In this document: positions 27,741 through 36,135 of the stretch, one piece after another
Numbering within the stretch: position 1 is the first letter of the stretch
How the letters are laid out: each line of letters opens with the position of its first letter
IMG/VR virus record: IMGVR_UViG_3300037279_000070
Location: 1-36,135 of that record
Length of the DNA: 36,135 nt
Strand: one strand, 5' to 3'
Source: a virus
Taxonomy: Duplodnaviria; Caudoviricetes
The notes under the pieces: generated by a model
What the model was told of the DNA's origin: nothing
Database searches by the model: none
The model's input: the letters and a program-made list of their open reading frames with translations, nothing else
Translations under genes and position numbers: made by a program

Positions 27741-29704
27741 AAATAAATAAACTCCTTACCCGTTCGGCTCTTGGGATACCTTCTGATACAGAGATAGACG
27801 TCTTCGACAGCGTCGAGTCAAAGAGTGATTCAGAGATACTTCTTTCATGCAAATACGCATGGGAGAAATTAGAACCGTTTAGGGAGAGAAGAAGACGTAA
27901 CTATAGATACCTATTTGGAAAGCATTGGGATGACATGGTTGAGGACGTGAACGGTAGTTTAATAAAAGAGGAAGAACTTATAAAAAGACGCGGAAGGGTT
28001 CCATTAGTCCATAATCTGATAAGACAGATATTAAAAACCGTTGTAGGTCAGTATCGGTCGAACAAAACACAAGCCATAGTCTCGGTAAGAGATACAGATG
28101 AAGTGAAACTTGGAGAGATGATGAGTATCGCTCTACAGTACGTTAATCAGGTAAATCAGAAAGAACAATTAGATGCAGATGCTCTTTTGGAGATGTGTAC
28201 CTCTGGAGTGTGTTTTCAATCGGCAAAATATGAGCTTTTGCCTATGAGAGGGACTCCGGATGGATTTGTTGAGAACCTTAACACCGCAAGGATGTTCTGG
28301 TCTTCTAATCTGGAAGACCCAAGAGGATGGGACTTAAAGATGATAGGGCAGATTCACGATTTAAGAATATCCGATGTAGTGGCCGCTTTCTCAAAAGGAA
28401 GCAGAAAGAAAGCTATTGAGATAAGAAAGACATACTCGGAAAGTGGAGCCGGCATCTTCCATTATTCACAACATGATAAGTTTGAATTTTTAGTTCCCGC
28501 TAATCCAAAAATATGTAGAGTAATAGAAGTATGGAGAGAGGAAACTAAAGAGATGTTTCAATGTCACGACCTATTAGAAGGAAAATTATATTGGGTTAAC
28601 CCTGAAGATATTAAAAAGATAGACATACAAAATGCAGAAAGGATACTCGAATATCAAAAGATTGGAGTAGGAAAAGAGGATGCGTTACTTATAAATTACA
28701 AATGGGGTATCCATAAATTCTGGTATTATAGATTTCTCACTCCGTGGGGAAATATCCTTGACGAAGGAGAGACTCCTTATTGGCATAATTCACACCCATT
28801 TACATATAGATATTACAATCTGTATGATGGCATGCCTCATCCTTTTGTAGAGGATATGATTGATCAGAATAGAATGATTAACAGGATGCTCACGCAGTGG
28901 GATTATATTCAGTCCACGAGCGCAAAGAATCCGGTATTTTATGACTTACAAGCCTTAAAGGGGACTACGCCAGAACAACTAAAAGAAGACTATCAAACGC
29001 CAGGCGCAATGATAGGATTCGATGTGCCGGCCACAAAGAAACTAAGTGATATGTTCGTGTCCGAGAAAGGGACACCACCTAACGTAGGGACGTTCGACAT
29101 GATTAGCCTTATGTCTCAATTCATGGATACTATCTCTGGTGTTCATGGAGCTATGAGGGGAGAGAAGCCCGCTTCCGGTACTGCGGCTTCTTTATTTGCC
29201 CAACAGACACAACAGTCAGCCGTTAATCTGGTTGATCTATTCGAGTCTTTTCAGCTTTTTAGAGTTGATGGGGATACTAAGATGATGAAAGTCATCCAAC
29301 AATATTACGATAAGAAAAAAATCATACGCGTTGCCGGTGAAAACTATTCAAAAGAAGCAAGCTATTACGATCCAGATAGAGTAAGGGATGCAGAGTTTGA
29401 CCTTATAATCAGTGAAAGCACTTCCACGACAAGCTATAGGGGCATTATGGATAACTTCTTGTTAGAACTGTTTAAGGAGAAAGCCATAGATATAAAGATG
29501 ATGCTTTCAAATGTGACATTCCCATTTGCGGAAAAACTATTACAATCCATAGAGTCAGAAGAACAGCAGCAAGCACAGCAGCAAATAGGACAGGGGCAAA
29601 GTGGGGGAATAGGTGGGGTAAATGGGGGGAATGCTTCACAACAGCCACCCCAACAAGGGCAATTACCCCAATATTCTCCACAGCCATCCCAACAAGGGCA
29701 GTAA
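27737..29704 (+). CDS. Portal protein (P22-like)
   Basis: RYLFGKHW..RRGRVPLVHNLIRQILKTVVG, FVEDMIDQNRMINR, ISGVHGAMRG..ASG..QQ; Q/G/P-rich tail. Confidence 0.88.
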   Translation: MKINKLLTRSALGIPSDTEIDVFDSVESKSDSEILLSCKYAWEKLEPFRERRRRNYRYLFGKHWDDMVEDVNGSLIKEEELIKRRGRVPLVHNLIRQILKTVVGQYRSNKTQAIVSVRDTDEVKLGEMMSIALQYVNQVNQKEQLDADALLEMCTSGVCFQSAKYELLPMRGTPDGFVENLNTARMFWSSNLEDPRGWDLKMIGQIHDLRISDVVAAFSKGSRKKAIEIRKTYSESGAGIFHYSQHDKFEFLVPANPKICRVIEVWREETKEMFQCHDLLEGKLYWVNPEDIKKIDIQNAERILEYQKIGVGKEDALLINYKWGIHKFWYYRFLTPWGNILDEGETPYWHNSHPFTYRYYNLYDGMPHPFVEDMIDQNRMINRMLTQWDYIQSTSAKNPVFYDLQALKGTTPEQLKEDYQTPGAMIGFDVPATKKLSDMFVSEKGTPPNVGTFDMISLMSQFMDTISGVHGAMRGEKPASGTAASLFAQQTQQSAVNLVDLFESFQLFRVDGDTKMMKVIQQYYDKKKIIRVAGENYSKEASYYDPDRVRDAEFDLIISESTSTTSYRGIMDNFLLELFKEKAIDIKMMLSNVTFPFAEKLLQSIESEEQQQAQQQIGQGQSGGIGGVNGGNASQQPPQQGQLPQYSPQPSQQGQ

Positions 29705-29732
29705 GTATGTAACTAAAAAGTAGTCGCACATA

Positions 29733-29762
29733 GGTCCGGGATGGTCGGGAATGGTCGGGAAT
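29733..29762. repeat. Intergenic 10-bp tandem repeat (ATGGTCGGGA x2 plus a degenerate copy)
   Basis: GGTCCGGG ATGGTCGGGA ATGGTCGGGA AT. Confidence 0.7.
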
Positions 29763-29786
29763 ATTATTAGTCAATAATTTAGATAG

Positions 29787-32700
29787 ATGGAACAAAAGGA
29801 TAACATAATACAACTTGGAAGCATGAACTTAGCCGCTTCTTCTGCTATCGTCAACGACGGAGGGATGGAGGAGATAATGAATTTACGGCATAAGAACGGT
29901 TCATTGCGTCCGATAGGTACTATTCCCAATGCTCTTTTTGAATCTAATTTGGCCGGCTCATTCGTTGTTGGAGTATCTTATTTAATCCTATCAATAGGAA
30001 CGACTGATTTTACTCTTATTGGAGCTGCTTCTAATACTATCGGATTGACTTTTGTAGCTACAGGAGTAGGATCGGGCACTGGCACGGCTGGAATACCTTC
30101 CCAATACATGAATGGTGTCTCTAACCCCTATATTCACTCTAATAACGACTATGAGCATTGGTTGGGAGTAGTTAATGGCAATATAACATGGTTTGCATCA
30201 AACATAAATGGGGTGATTACTATGTTAGCCGCACCTATTGTTTTGCTTGCATGTACTAATCCAAAGATTTCATCTATTAAAAATATCGTCTCTGTGGCTT
30301 GGGTCGATACCGAAGTACATAGAATGTTTTTATTTTGGGACACGCCAGACGGCTCTACGTCGCCTTCTTATCAGGTTCTTGATCCATCGTTTTTGAATCC
30401 TGCATTTAATTTTTACTTATACGCTTTGATAGAGGATATAGCAGAATATAATGGAACTGAATATCCTTATCAAGTAGCTATTTCATCCCCTGTGATAACG
30501 ACAGGTGTCTATACTCCCGCAGGAACAAGTCAGCCATTATCCTATGACGATAATAATTTAGTATGGGAGGCTATACAAGGTGCAATAAATAAGGGAGTAT
30601 ATCAACTTAATCAAACTGGAAAAATCAGTGGATTTGTGCTTATAAGGTATGCTATTCAATTATTTGACGGAACATATATTAAGCATTCGCCAGTAATGTT
30701 GGTTAATACACAAAACAACCAAATGCAGAATTCGTTAAGAACGAATGGGTATTTCCCTTATACAGCTCCTGGAATGATTTATACAGCATCAAACGATGGG
30801 GGTAATTATTTTACCATTTTCTCGCTAACAACTGGATATGATTTAATGATGGTTAATCAAAGTACGATACCAAGTAATTGGGAAGATTTGATACTTAGCG
30901 TTGACATTTTCATGTCGAGTCCTATCCAAGTTGAAGATTATCTTAATGAGACTGGAGTAATAATTCAAACTCCACCTACACAGACTGGCTATTCACCTAC
31001 ATTTCAAAATCCAATAGTTTATACTGATAAGCAGTTACATGATAAAGTAATAAACAACGCTTCTTTCTTTTTGATAAAATCTATTCCGATTAAAGATTTA
31101 ATCGGAATTACGCCTACTATTGAACCTACACCTCAAAAAATAGACTTGACTGAAATTTTGCCAATCTTAGAGACTCAACAAGTGATGGTTGACGATAATT
31201 CTTCTTATATTAATCTTTATGGAAATGCAGTTTATTCTTACAATCAGGAAGAGCATTTGGCTAATATAATTTCTGACTACTTTAAGGGGTATCCTTTGAT
31301 GTATTATCAATTATTAGTCAATAGCTATTTTAGAACAATCCCTATTAACGCTGGTAGTTTCTTAAATGGCAATACTTATACCGTTACCACAACTGGGACT
31401 ACAGACTTTACATTAATCGGAGGCGTTAATACAGTTGGTACAACTTTTACTGCTATTGGTGCTGGTGCTGGAACCGGTACGGCTACGCCCGTTAATCAGG
31501 TAACAGAGTTAGCCTCTCGAAGCGCTATAGCGGCTCTTACTATAGCTGTTTATATTAAAAATGAGAATATAGTTCAAACTATCGTTCAATCTTTAACTCC
31601 CGACTATGGAAGCACTATATACGATGTCTTAAGTATTTTTTTTAGCGGATTATTCACCTATCCTGACAGTAGAGCATTTCAAGCTACTATAATCTTACAA
31701 ATAGGGCCTTTTTATTACTCTTTAACTGATGGGGTACATGATTATCTACCATTAGAGCCACATACATACCTTAACTTGGCTTGTTATGTAAACCCGGGAT
31801 TGAAGCCTATTCAAGCGATACCTATTTCAGCTCCGACTATTCCTACTTTGAGTAATCTAATTGAGTATAGATTGAACGTGTTGAAAGTTTCCTCTGTGGA
31901 TAACCCTATAGTATTTCCTGATTCCTCTACTTACCAAATTGGCGGTGGAACACTGGTAGGACTTAGATCAAACGGTAATCCAATCTCTTTAGGCCAGTTT
32001 GGTCAATATCCTCTTATCGTTTATGCCACAGATGGACGATGGGCATTAGAGCAAGGAAGCGGGGATGTTGTTTATGCTTCGATACGTCCTCTTTCGAGGG
32101 ATGTATGCGTTGATCCCGCTTCTATTACCTCTATCGACCAAGCAATAATCTTTGTTTCGGCTTCGGGATTGATGATTGACACAGGCCAGAACGTACAAGA
32201 CATAGCAGCTCCGTTAAACGGTACTCCTTTGGCGATAGTTTCAGGATTAGATCAGTTGGACATCTTAAAACAGGCAATGTCGAATGATCAACTTGTACAA
32301 TTGACTAATTCTATCTCTCAATTGAACTTTATGGACTATCTTAAAGGCTCGTTAATAGCCTTTATCTACCGTGAAGATAGAGAACTGATAATTTCTAACC
32401 CACTATATGCTTACTCGTATATTTTTAACTTCGACACAAAAACCTATTATAAGACAGACTACCAAGTCAAATATTTCGTCAATGACTATCCGAATACGTA
32501 TGCTTTACTCAAAGATGTTACTGGTATCACTCAAAATTTCTATCTATATTCCCTTTCTGGTGAGTTAAGAAGCGGAAATAGGCAGACGATGCTTTTAACA
32601 AGACCTATAAAAGTCTATGGAGAACAGTTTAAAGAGTCCACAAGGGCTGTTTTACGCTCTATGATAACTCCAATAGGTAAGAGTGTAGGGTTTTATGTAT

Positions 32701-33206
32701 TTGGAAGTGAAGATGGTTTAATGTGGCGTTTCTTAGGGGGTTCAGAGACTAACGGAGTAGTTGGATTAATACCCGTTGGAGTATGGATAAACTATGTATG
32801 TGAAGTTCTAACGTATAATTGGATAAACTATGTATGTGAAGTTCTAACGTATAATTGGATAAACTATGTATGTGAAGTTCTAACGTATAATTGGATAAAC
32901 TATGTATGTGAACAAGTCTATCAAGCATCTTACATTCTATATATGGGGCAAAGTAACCCTACGGTGACAACTAATGGAACGGATGCTTTGGCGGCTTATT
33001 CGGTTTCGAGGGGTTATTATACGACTACCGTAGGTGGACCGGCTGCAATAGGGGATGTTTTGTACAACGATGCGGGGTTTACAAACCCAGTGAGTAACAA
33101 CTTTGGAATCACTTACTTTTTAGCAGTGACAGTTAACGGGATAGGAACGCCATTCTGGATAGAAATAGCCCCGACCGGAACAATAATAAACAAAGGATCA
33201 TCTTAA
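29787..33206 (+). CDS. Tail hub/nozzle (stabilization)-like protein with inserted motifs and an atypical C-terminus
   Basis: DGGMEEIMNLR..NGSLRP N-terminus, LKVSSVDNPIVFP, SLGQFGQYPLIVYATDGRWAL, SRDVC, LLTRPIK; follows the portal gene. Confidence 0.7.
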   Translation: MEQKDNIIQLGSMNLAASSAIVNDGGMEEIMNLRHKNGSLRPIGTIPNALFESNLAGSFVVGVSYLILSIGTTDFTLIGAASNTIGLTFVATGVGSGTGTAGIPSQYMNGVSNPYIHSNNDYEHWLGVVNGNITWFASNINGVITMLAAPIVLLACTNPKISSIKNIVSVAWVDTEVHRMFLFWDTPDGSTSPSYQVLDPSFLNPAFNFYLYALIEDIAEYNGTEYPYQVAISSPVITTGVYTPAGTSQPLSYDDNNLVWEAIQGAINKGVYQLNQTGKISGFVLIRYAIQLFDGTYIKHSPVMLVNTQNNQMQNSLRTNGYFPYTAPGMIYTASNDGGNYFTIFSLTTGYDLMMVNQSTIPSNWEDLILSVDIFMSSPIQVEDYLNETGVIIQTPPTQTGYSPTFQNPIVYTDKQLHDKVINNASFFLIKSIPIKDLIGITPTIEPTPQKIDLTEILPILETQQVMVDDNSSYINLYGNAVYSYNQEEHLANIISDYFKGYPLMYYQLLVNSYFRTIPINAGSFLNGNTYTVTTTGTTDFTLIGGVNTVGTTFTAIGAGAGTGTATPVNQVTELASRSAIAALTIAVYIKNENIVQTIVQSLTPDYGSTIYDVLSIFFSGLFTYPDSRAFQATIILQIGPFYYSLTDGVHDYLPLEPHTYLNLACYVNPGLKPIQAIPISAPTIPTLSNLIEYRLNVLKVSSVDNPIVFPDSSTYQIGGGTLVGLRSNGNPISLGQFGQYPLIVYATDGRWALEQGSGDVVYASIRPLSRDVCVDPASITSIDQAIIFVSASGLMIDTGQNVQDIAAPLNGTPLAIVSGLDQLDILKQAMSNDQLVQLTNSISQLNFMDYLKGSLIAFIYREDRELIISNPLYAYSYIFNFDTKTYYKTDYQVKYFVNDYPNTYALLKDVTGITQNFYLYSLSGELRSGNRQTMLLTRPIKVYGEQFKESTRAVLRSMITPIGKSVGFYVFGSEDGLMWRFLGGSETNGVVGLIPVGVWINYVCEVLTYNWINYVCEVLTYNWINYVCEVLTYNWINYVCEQVYQASYILYMGQSNPTVTTNGTDALAAYSVSRGYYTTTVGGPAAIGDVLYNDAGFTNPVSNNFGITYFLAVTVNGIGTPFWIEIAPTGTIINKGSS
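32784..32912 (+). repeat. Perfect 36-bp coding tandem repeat x3.6 (WINYVCEVLTYN)
   Basis: TGGATAAACTATGTATGTGAAGTTCTAACGTATAAT at 32784, 32820, 32856 and partial at 32892. Confidence 0.95.
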
Positions 33207-33216
33207 AATTAAAATT

Positions 33217-33498
33217 ATGGTATACGTAAATAATGGCTACGAAAGAGCAACCGTGTTAATGGTAGGGACTACGGCATATTCTGTCCTACCGGGTGGGACG
33301 TGGAACGGAAACGTTTACGCGGCAATGACAAGCACATATTTAGCTGAACTCGCAGAGGCTACTTATGCAACGATGATGAGAGACTTTTGTATTTGGGTCA
33401 TGTCTCTTAATCCGGGACTTACATTAAGTACATCAGACACGCTCGGAACGGAAGGCGAAAACTTTAGGTCAACGAATACAACTTTGTGTCCAATATGA
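33217..33498 (+). CDS. Small hypothetical virion-associated protein ending NTTLCPI
   Basis: 93-aa ORF with AAATTATG start. Confidence 0.65.
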   Translation: MVYVNNGYERATVLMVGTTAYSVLPGGTWNGNVYAAMTSTYLAELAEATYATMMRDFCIWVMSLNPGLTLSTSDTLGTEGENFRSTNTTLCPI

Positions 33499-33674
33499 AC
33501 ACCGTAACGACAAATGGCTTAGTCATCGCTCCTATTCCTAACATAGGGGCGGTGATTGAACGTACAAGCGTAAAGTTTATACGCATTGCCTTCGTCGGAG
33601 ATATAGATTACGAGTCGAATTTAGATTATATCGAATTGGTTAGTAAACCAAAGAATAATAATAAGATACGATAA
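33495..33674 (+). CDS. Small protein resembling a detached C-terminus of the tail hub protein
   Basis: ATG at 33495 overlaps the upstream stop (ATGA); KFIRIAFVGDI..ES.L..IEL....KNNNKIR. Confidence 0.55.
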   Translation: MNTVTTNGLVIAPIPNIGAVIERTSVKFIRIAFVGDIDYESNLDYIELVSKPKNNNKIR

Positions 33675-34207
33675 TGGAAGAATTCAGGCATCATCACAGG
33701 GAGATTTATTTTGACCTTACATTTAAGTATTTAGACATACTTGAAGAGGTTAAAAAAGTCAGTTCATACATGGCAAAGAGTCGTGTAGATAAAGATGGTA
33801 AAAACCTTTTAGATTTAGCCAATGTGACCACAGGGGATAATGTCTTGATACGATCTTTCATTAAGAAGTCAGAGAGCGACATCTTTGACGGCATAGCGGG
33901 TTATATGAAGTCAGATGAAGAATATGTCTATTTTGATGGATACAGGGAGAATCTAAACCCACATGAGAACGTACCTATTGTATTCCATTTTGCAGTACCA
34001 GAGAGTTTTAATTTCTATAATAAGAAATACATCTATCAGCTTATTATTTGGGCTTTCGTAGATTCTATTATCAGTCAGTGGTTATTGATTGTCTATCCTC
34101 AAGAGGCTGCGATCTATCAAAATAAATTCAATACAGGAATGTCAGAGATTATAGGAAAACTTAATACAAGAACCAATGTCATTATACGACGACCATCATG
34201 GCTGTGA
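33674..34207 (+). CDS. Hypothetical structural protein (adaptor-like)
   Basis: 177 aa, helical, ends IRRPSWL; TAATG-coupled. Confidence 0.6.
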   Translation: MEEFRHHHREIYFDLTFKYLDILEEVKKVSSYMAKSRVDKDGKNLLDLANVTTGDNVLIRSFIKKSESDIFDGIAGYMKSDEEYVYFDGYRENLNPHENVPIVFHFAVPESFNFYNKKYIYQLIIWAFVDSIISQWLLIVYPQEAAIYQNKFNTGMSEIIGKLNTRTNVIIRRPSWL

Positions 34208-34586
34208 TCATGATTATTTCATCCCCTTTGTAGGACAATGGGATTTCCCGCCCGTAGTGAGTGGGAATGATACTATGTCGCCATTTGTTATGACGATAAA
34301 CGAGTACGATCCGATTACCATGTTGACCACTCCGTTAAACTTGGTAGGGGCAACGGTCACTATTCAGTTTAAGTTGGATGCTTGGTCTCCCATGGCTTTA
34401 CAGATAAGCACTGCGAATGCTATCGCAATCACAGACGGAGTTAATGGAGTATTAACTATAAATCAGTTTTTGGTTAACATACCAGAAGGACTATATAATT
34501 ACGATTGTCTGATACTTACCTCTGATGGTATGAAAAGAACCTATTACAGAGGCATTATGAACGTTGAACAACCTATAACGACATGA
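34176..34586 (+). CDS. BppU-N-like beta-sandwich tail accessory protein
   Basis: GNDT..PLNLVGATVTIQFK...GVLTI...GLYNYD.....DG..RTY.RG...VE..IT pattern. Confidence 0.55.
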   Translation: MSLYDDHHGCDHDYFIPFVGQWDFPPVVSGNDTMSPFVMTINEYDPITMLTTPLNLVGATVTIQFKLDAWSPMALQISTANAIAITDGVNGVLTINQFLVNIPEGLYNYDCLILTSDGMKRTYYRGIMNVEQPITT

Positions 34587-34957
34587 GTGTAGTTGCCGAA
34601 ATAAAACCCGTAACGATCACTGTAGCATATACCGTGAAACCCATTACTATCACCGTTCAGGGAGGAAATAACGGAGGTGGCGGTGGTGGTGGGTATTCCA
34701 ATATCTTTTACAGGGATTTATCTATTTCATCTACGACTATAGCGATACCCGCCGGCACTTGGATAGACAAAATTACTTTCAGGGTAAAAGGAATCTCTAC
34801 GGTGAATATCTCGGATACTAAAAATGGTAATAAATTTGGTTCTATGACAAATGGTTCTCCTATTGACTGGGGGACAGATTATCAAATAGCAGACACATTA
34901 ATAATTAACGTCGTAGGCGATCCCATCGACATAGAAATAACAAAATATTCAATATGA
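34583..34957 (+). CDS. Hypothetical tail-module protein with poly-Gly linker
   Basis: VKPITITV repeat, GGNNGGGGGGG linker, beta-rich C-terminal domain. Confidence 0.65.
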   Translation: MSVVAEIKPVTITVAYTVKPITITVQGGNNGGGGGGGYSNIFYRDLSISSTTIAIPAGTWIDKITFRVKGISTVNISDTKNGNKFGSMTNGSPIDWGTDYQIADTLIINVVGDPIDIEITKYSI

Positions 34958-36135
34958 AAAAGATTCTTTTAGGGTTAGTATTAGTAGCGTCTATATTTGG
35001 ATTATCGGAAGACTTCGCTCACAGAACGGCTGGAGACAGTCAATTTGTCGGTAAGGTAGTTGTGACAGACTCAATTCAGAGTCCTCTTTACAAACAAGGC
35101 ATGGATACCTTAGCTACAAAGGCATTTTCACGGCTTCATAAATTATCGAATGATTCCGTAGCGCCTTCTGGTTATTTCACTAACTATAAAGCACTTTCAA
35201 AAGTCAACAAAAGCGATACAACGGTTTATCTTGAGACTAAGCATCAAGCGTATACGACTTATCAACCTTTAGGGAGTTATCAACCAAGCGGGACGTATTT
35301 AGTTCCTTCGGACTCAACTCATATTAGGAGCTACTCTAATGCAATCTACAAGTTAAAAGGCGACTCCGTAAATGGTTATGGTTATTTCACTAACTATAAA
35401 GCACTTTCAAAAGTCAACAAAAGCGATACAACGGTTTATCTTGAGACTAAGCATCAAGCGTATACGACTTATCAACCTTTAGGGAGTTATCAACCAAGCG
35501 GGACGTATTTAGTTCCTTCGGACTCAACTCATATTAGGAGCTACTCTAATGCAATCTACAAGTTAAAAGGCGACTCCGTAAATGGTTATGGTTATTTCAC
35601 TAACTATAAAGCACTTTCAAAAGTCAACAAAAGCGATACAACGGTTTATCTTGAGACTAAGCATCAAGCGTATACGACTTATCAACCTTTAGGGAGTTAT
35701 CAACCAAGCGGGACGTATTTAGTTCCTTCGGACTCAACTCATATTAGGAACTACTCTAATGCAATCTACAAGTTAAAAGGCGACTCCGTAAATGGTTATG
35801 GTTATTTCACTAACTATAAAGCACTTTCAAAAGTCAACAAAAGCGATACAACGGTTTATATTGAGACTAAGCATCAAGCGTCTACGACTTATCAACCTTT
35901 AGGGAGTTATCAACCAAGCGGGACCTATCTTATTCCTTCGGACTCAACTCATATTAGGAGCTACTCTAATGCAATCTACAAGTTAAAAGGCGACTCCGTA
36001 AATGGTTATGGTTATTTCACTAACTATAAAGCACTTTCAAAAGTCAACAAAAGCGATACAACGGTTTATCTTGAGACTAAGCATCAAGCGTATACGACTT
36101 ATCAACCTTTAGGGAGTTATCAACCAAGCGGGACG
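34954..36135 (+). CDS. Signal-peptide-bearing 70-aa-repeat protein (putative fiber/surface protein), truncated at the right edge and absent from the ORF track
   Basis: ATG at 34954 (ATGA overlap); MKKILLGLVLVASIFGLS...; open for 394 codons to the window end. Confidence 0.85.
   Translation, partial: MKKILLGLVLVASIFGLSEDFAHRTAGDSQFVGKVVVTDSIQSPLYKQGMDTLATKAFSRLHKLSNDSVAPSGYFTNYKALSKVNKSDTTVYLETKHQAYTTYQPLGSYQPSGTYLVPSDSTHIRSYSNAIYKLKGDSVNGYGYFTNYKALSKVNKSDTTVYLETKHQAYTTYQPLGSYQPSGTYLVPSDSTHIRSYSNAIYKLKGDSVNGYGYFTNYKALSKVNKSDTTVYLETKHQAYTTYQPLGSYQPSGTYLVPSDSTHIRNYSNAIYKLKGDSVNGYGYFTNYKALSKVNKSDTTVYIETKHQASTTYQPLGSYQPSGTYLIPSDSTHIRSYSNAIYKLKGDSVNGYGYFTNYKALSKVNKSDTTVYLETKHQAYTTYQPLGSYQPSGT
35170..36135 (+). 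repeat. 210-bp near-perfect coding tandem repeat, at least 4.6 copies
   Basis: Units start at 35170, 35380, 35590, 35800 and 36010; a few substitutions in copies 3 and 4. Confidence 0.95.

Noticed and set aside
32784-32912. 36-bp repeats as a CRISPR array
   Set aside because: No spacers; the units are directly tandem and in-frame within a CDS, and no cas genes are present
35170-36135. Diversity-generating retroelement TR/VR pair
   Set aside because: The copies are tandem, the differences are few and not clearly adenine-specific, and no reverse transcriptase is in the window
1-36135. Stop-codon reassignment (alternative genetic code)
   Set aside because: Long genes are intact under code 11, and TAA, TAG and TGA all end genes

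Overview
A 36-kb segment of an AT-rich tailed phage or prophage. The host is probably Bacteroidota, judged from TAnnTTTG promoter boxes and A-rich translation starts without Shine-Dalgarno sites, and the virion module looks P22-like (podovirus). From left to right: (1) 1-4 kb, minus-strand small early/regulatory genes (HTH proteins, a DnaJ-type Zn finger); three consecutive genes there carry the same ~40-bp hairpin leader. (2) 4.1-17.7 kb, plus strand: two ejection-protein-like ORFs, a 3398-aa polyvalent protein (ART-like domain, two HExxH zincins), a small HExxH protein and an ATP-grasp ligase. (3) 17.9-23.7 kb, a minus-strand operon with the terminase large subunit and a minimal rhomboid intramembrane protease. 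(4) 24-36 kb, scaffold, major capsid, adaptor, portal, a split tail hub-like protein, accessory tail genes and a truncated 70-aa-repeat protein. The best candidate for an undescribed system is membrane-linked virion morphogenesis. The capsid protein has an N-terminal signal/TM segment, the phage encodes its own rhomboid, and a tail-module repeat protein has a signal peptide with 16 of its 18 Asp residues in Bacteroidetes O-glycosylation sequons. All product calls come from motif recognition and synteny, not from database searches.
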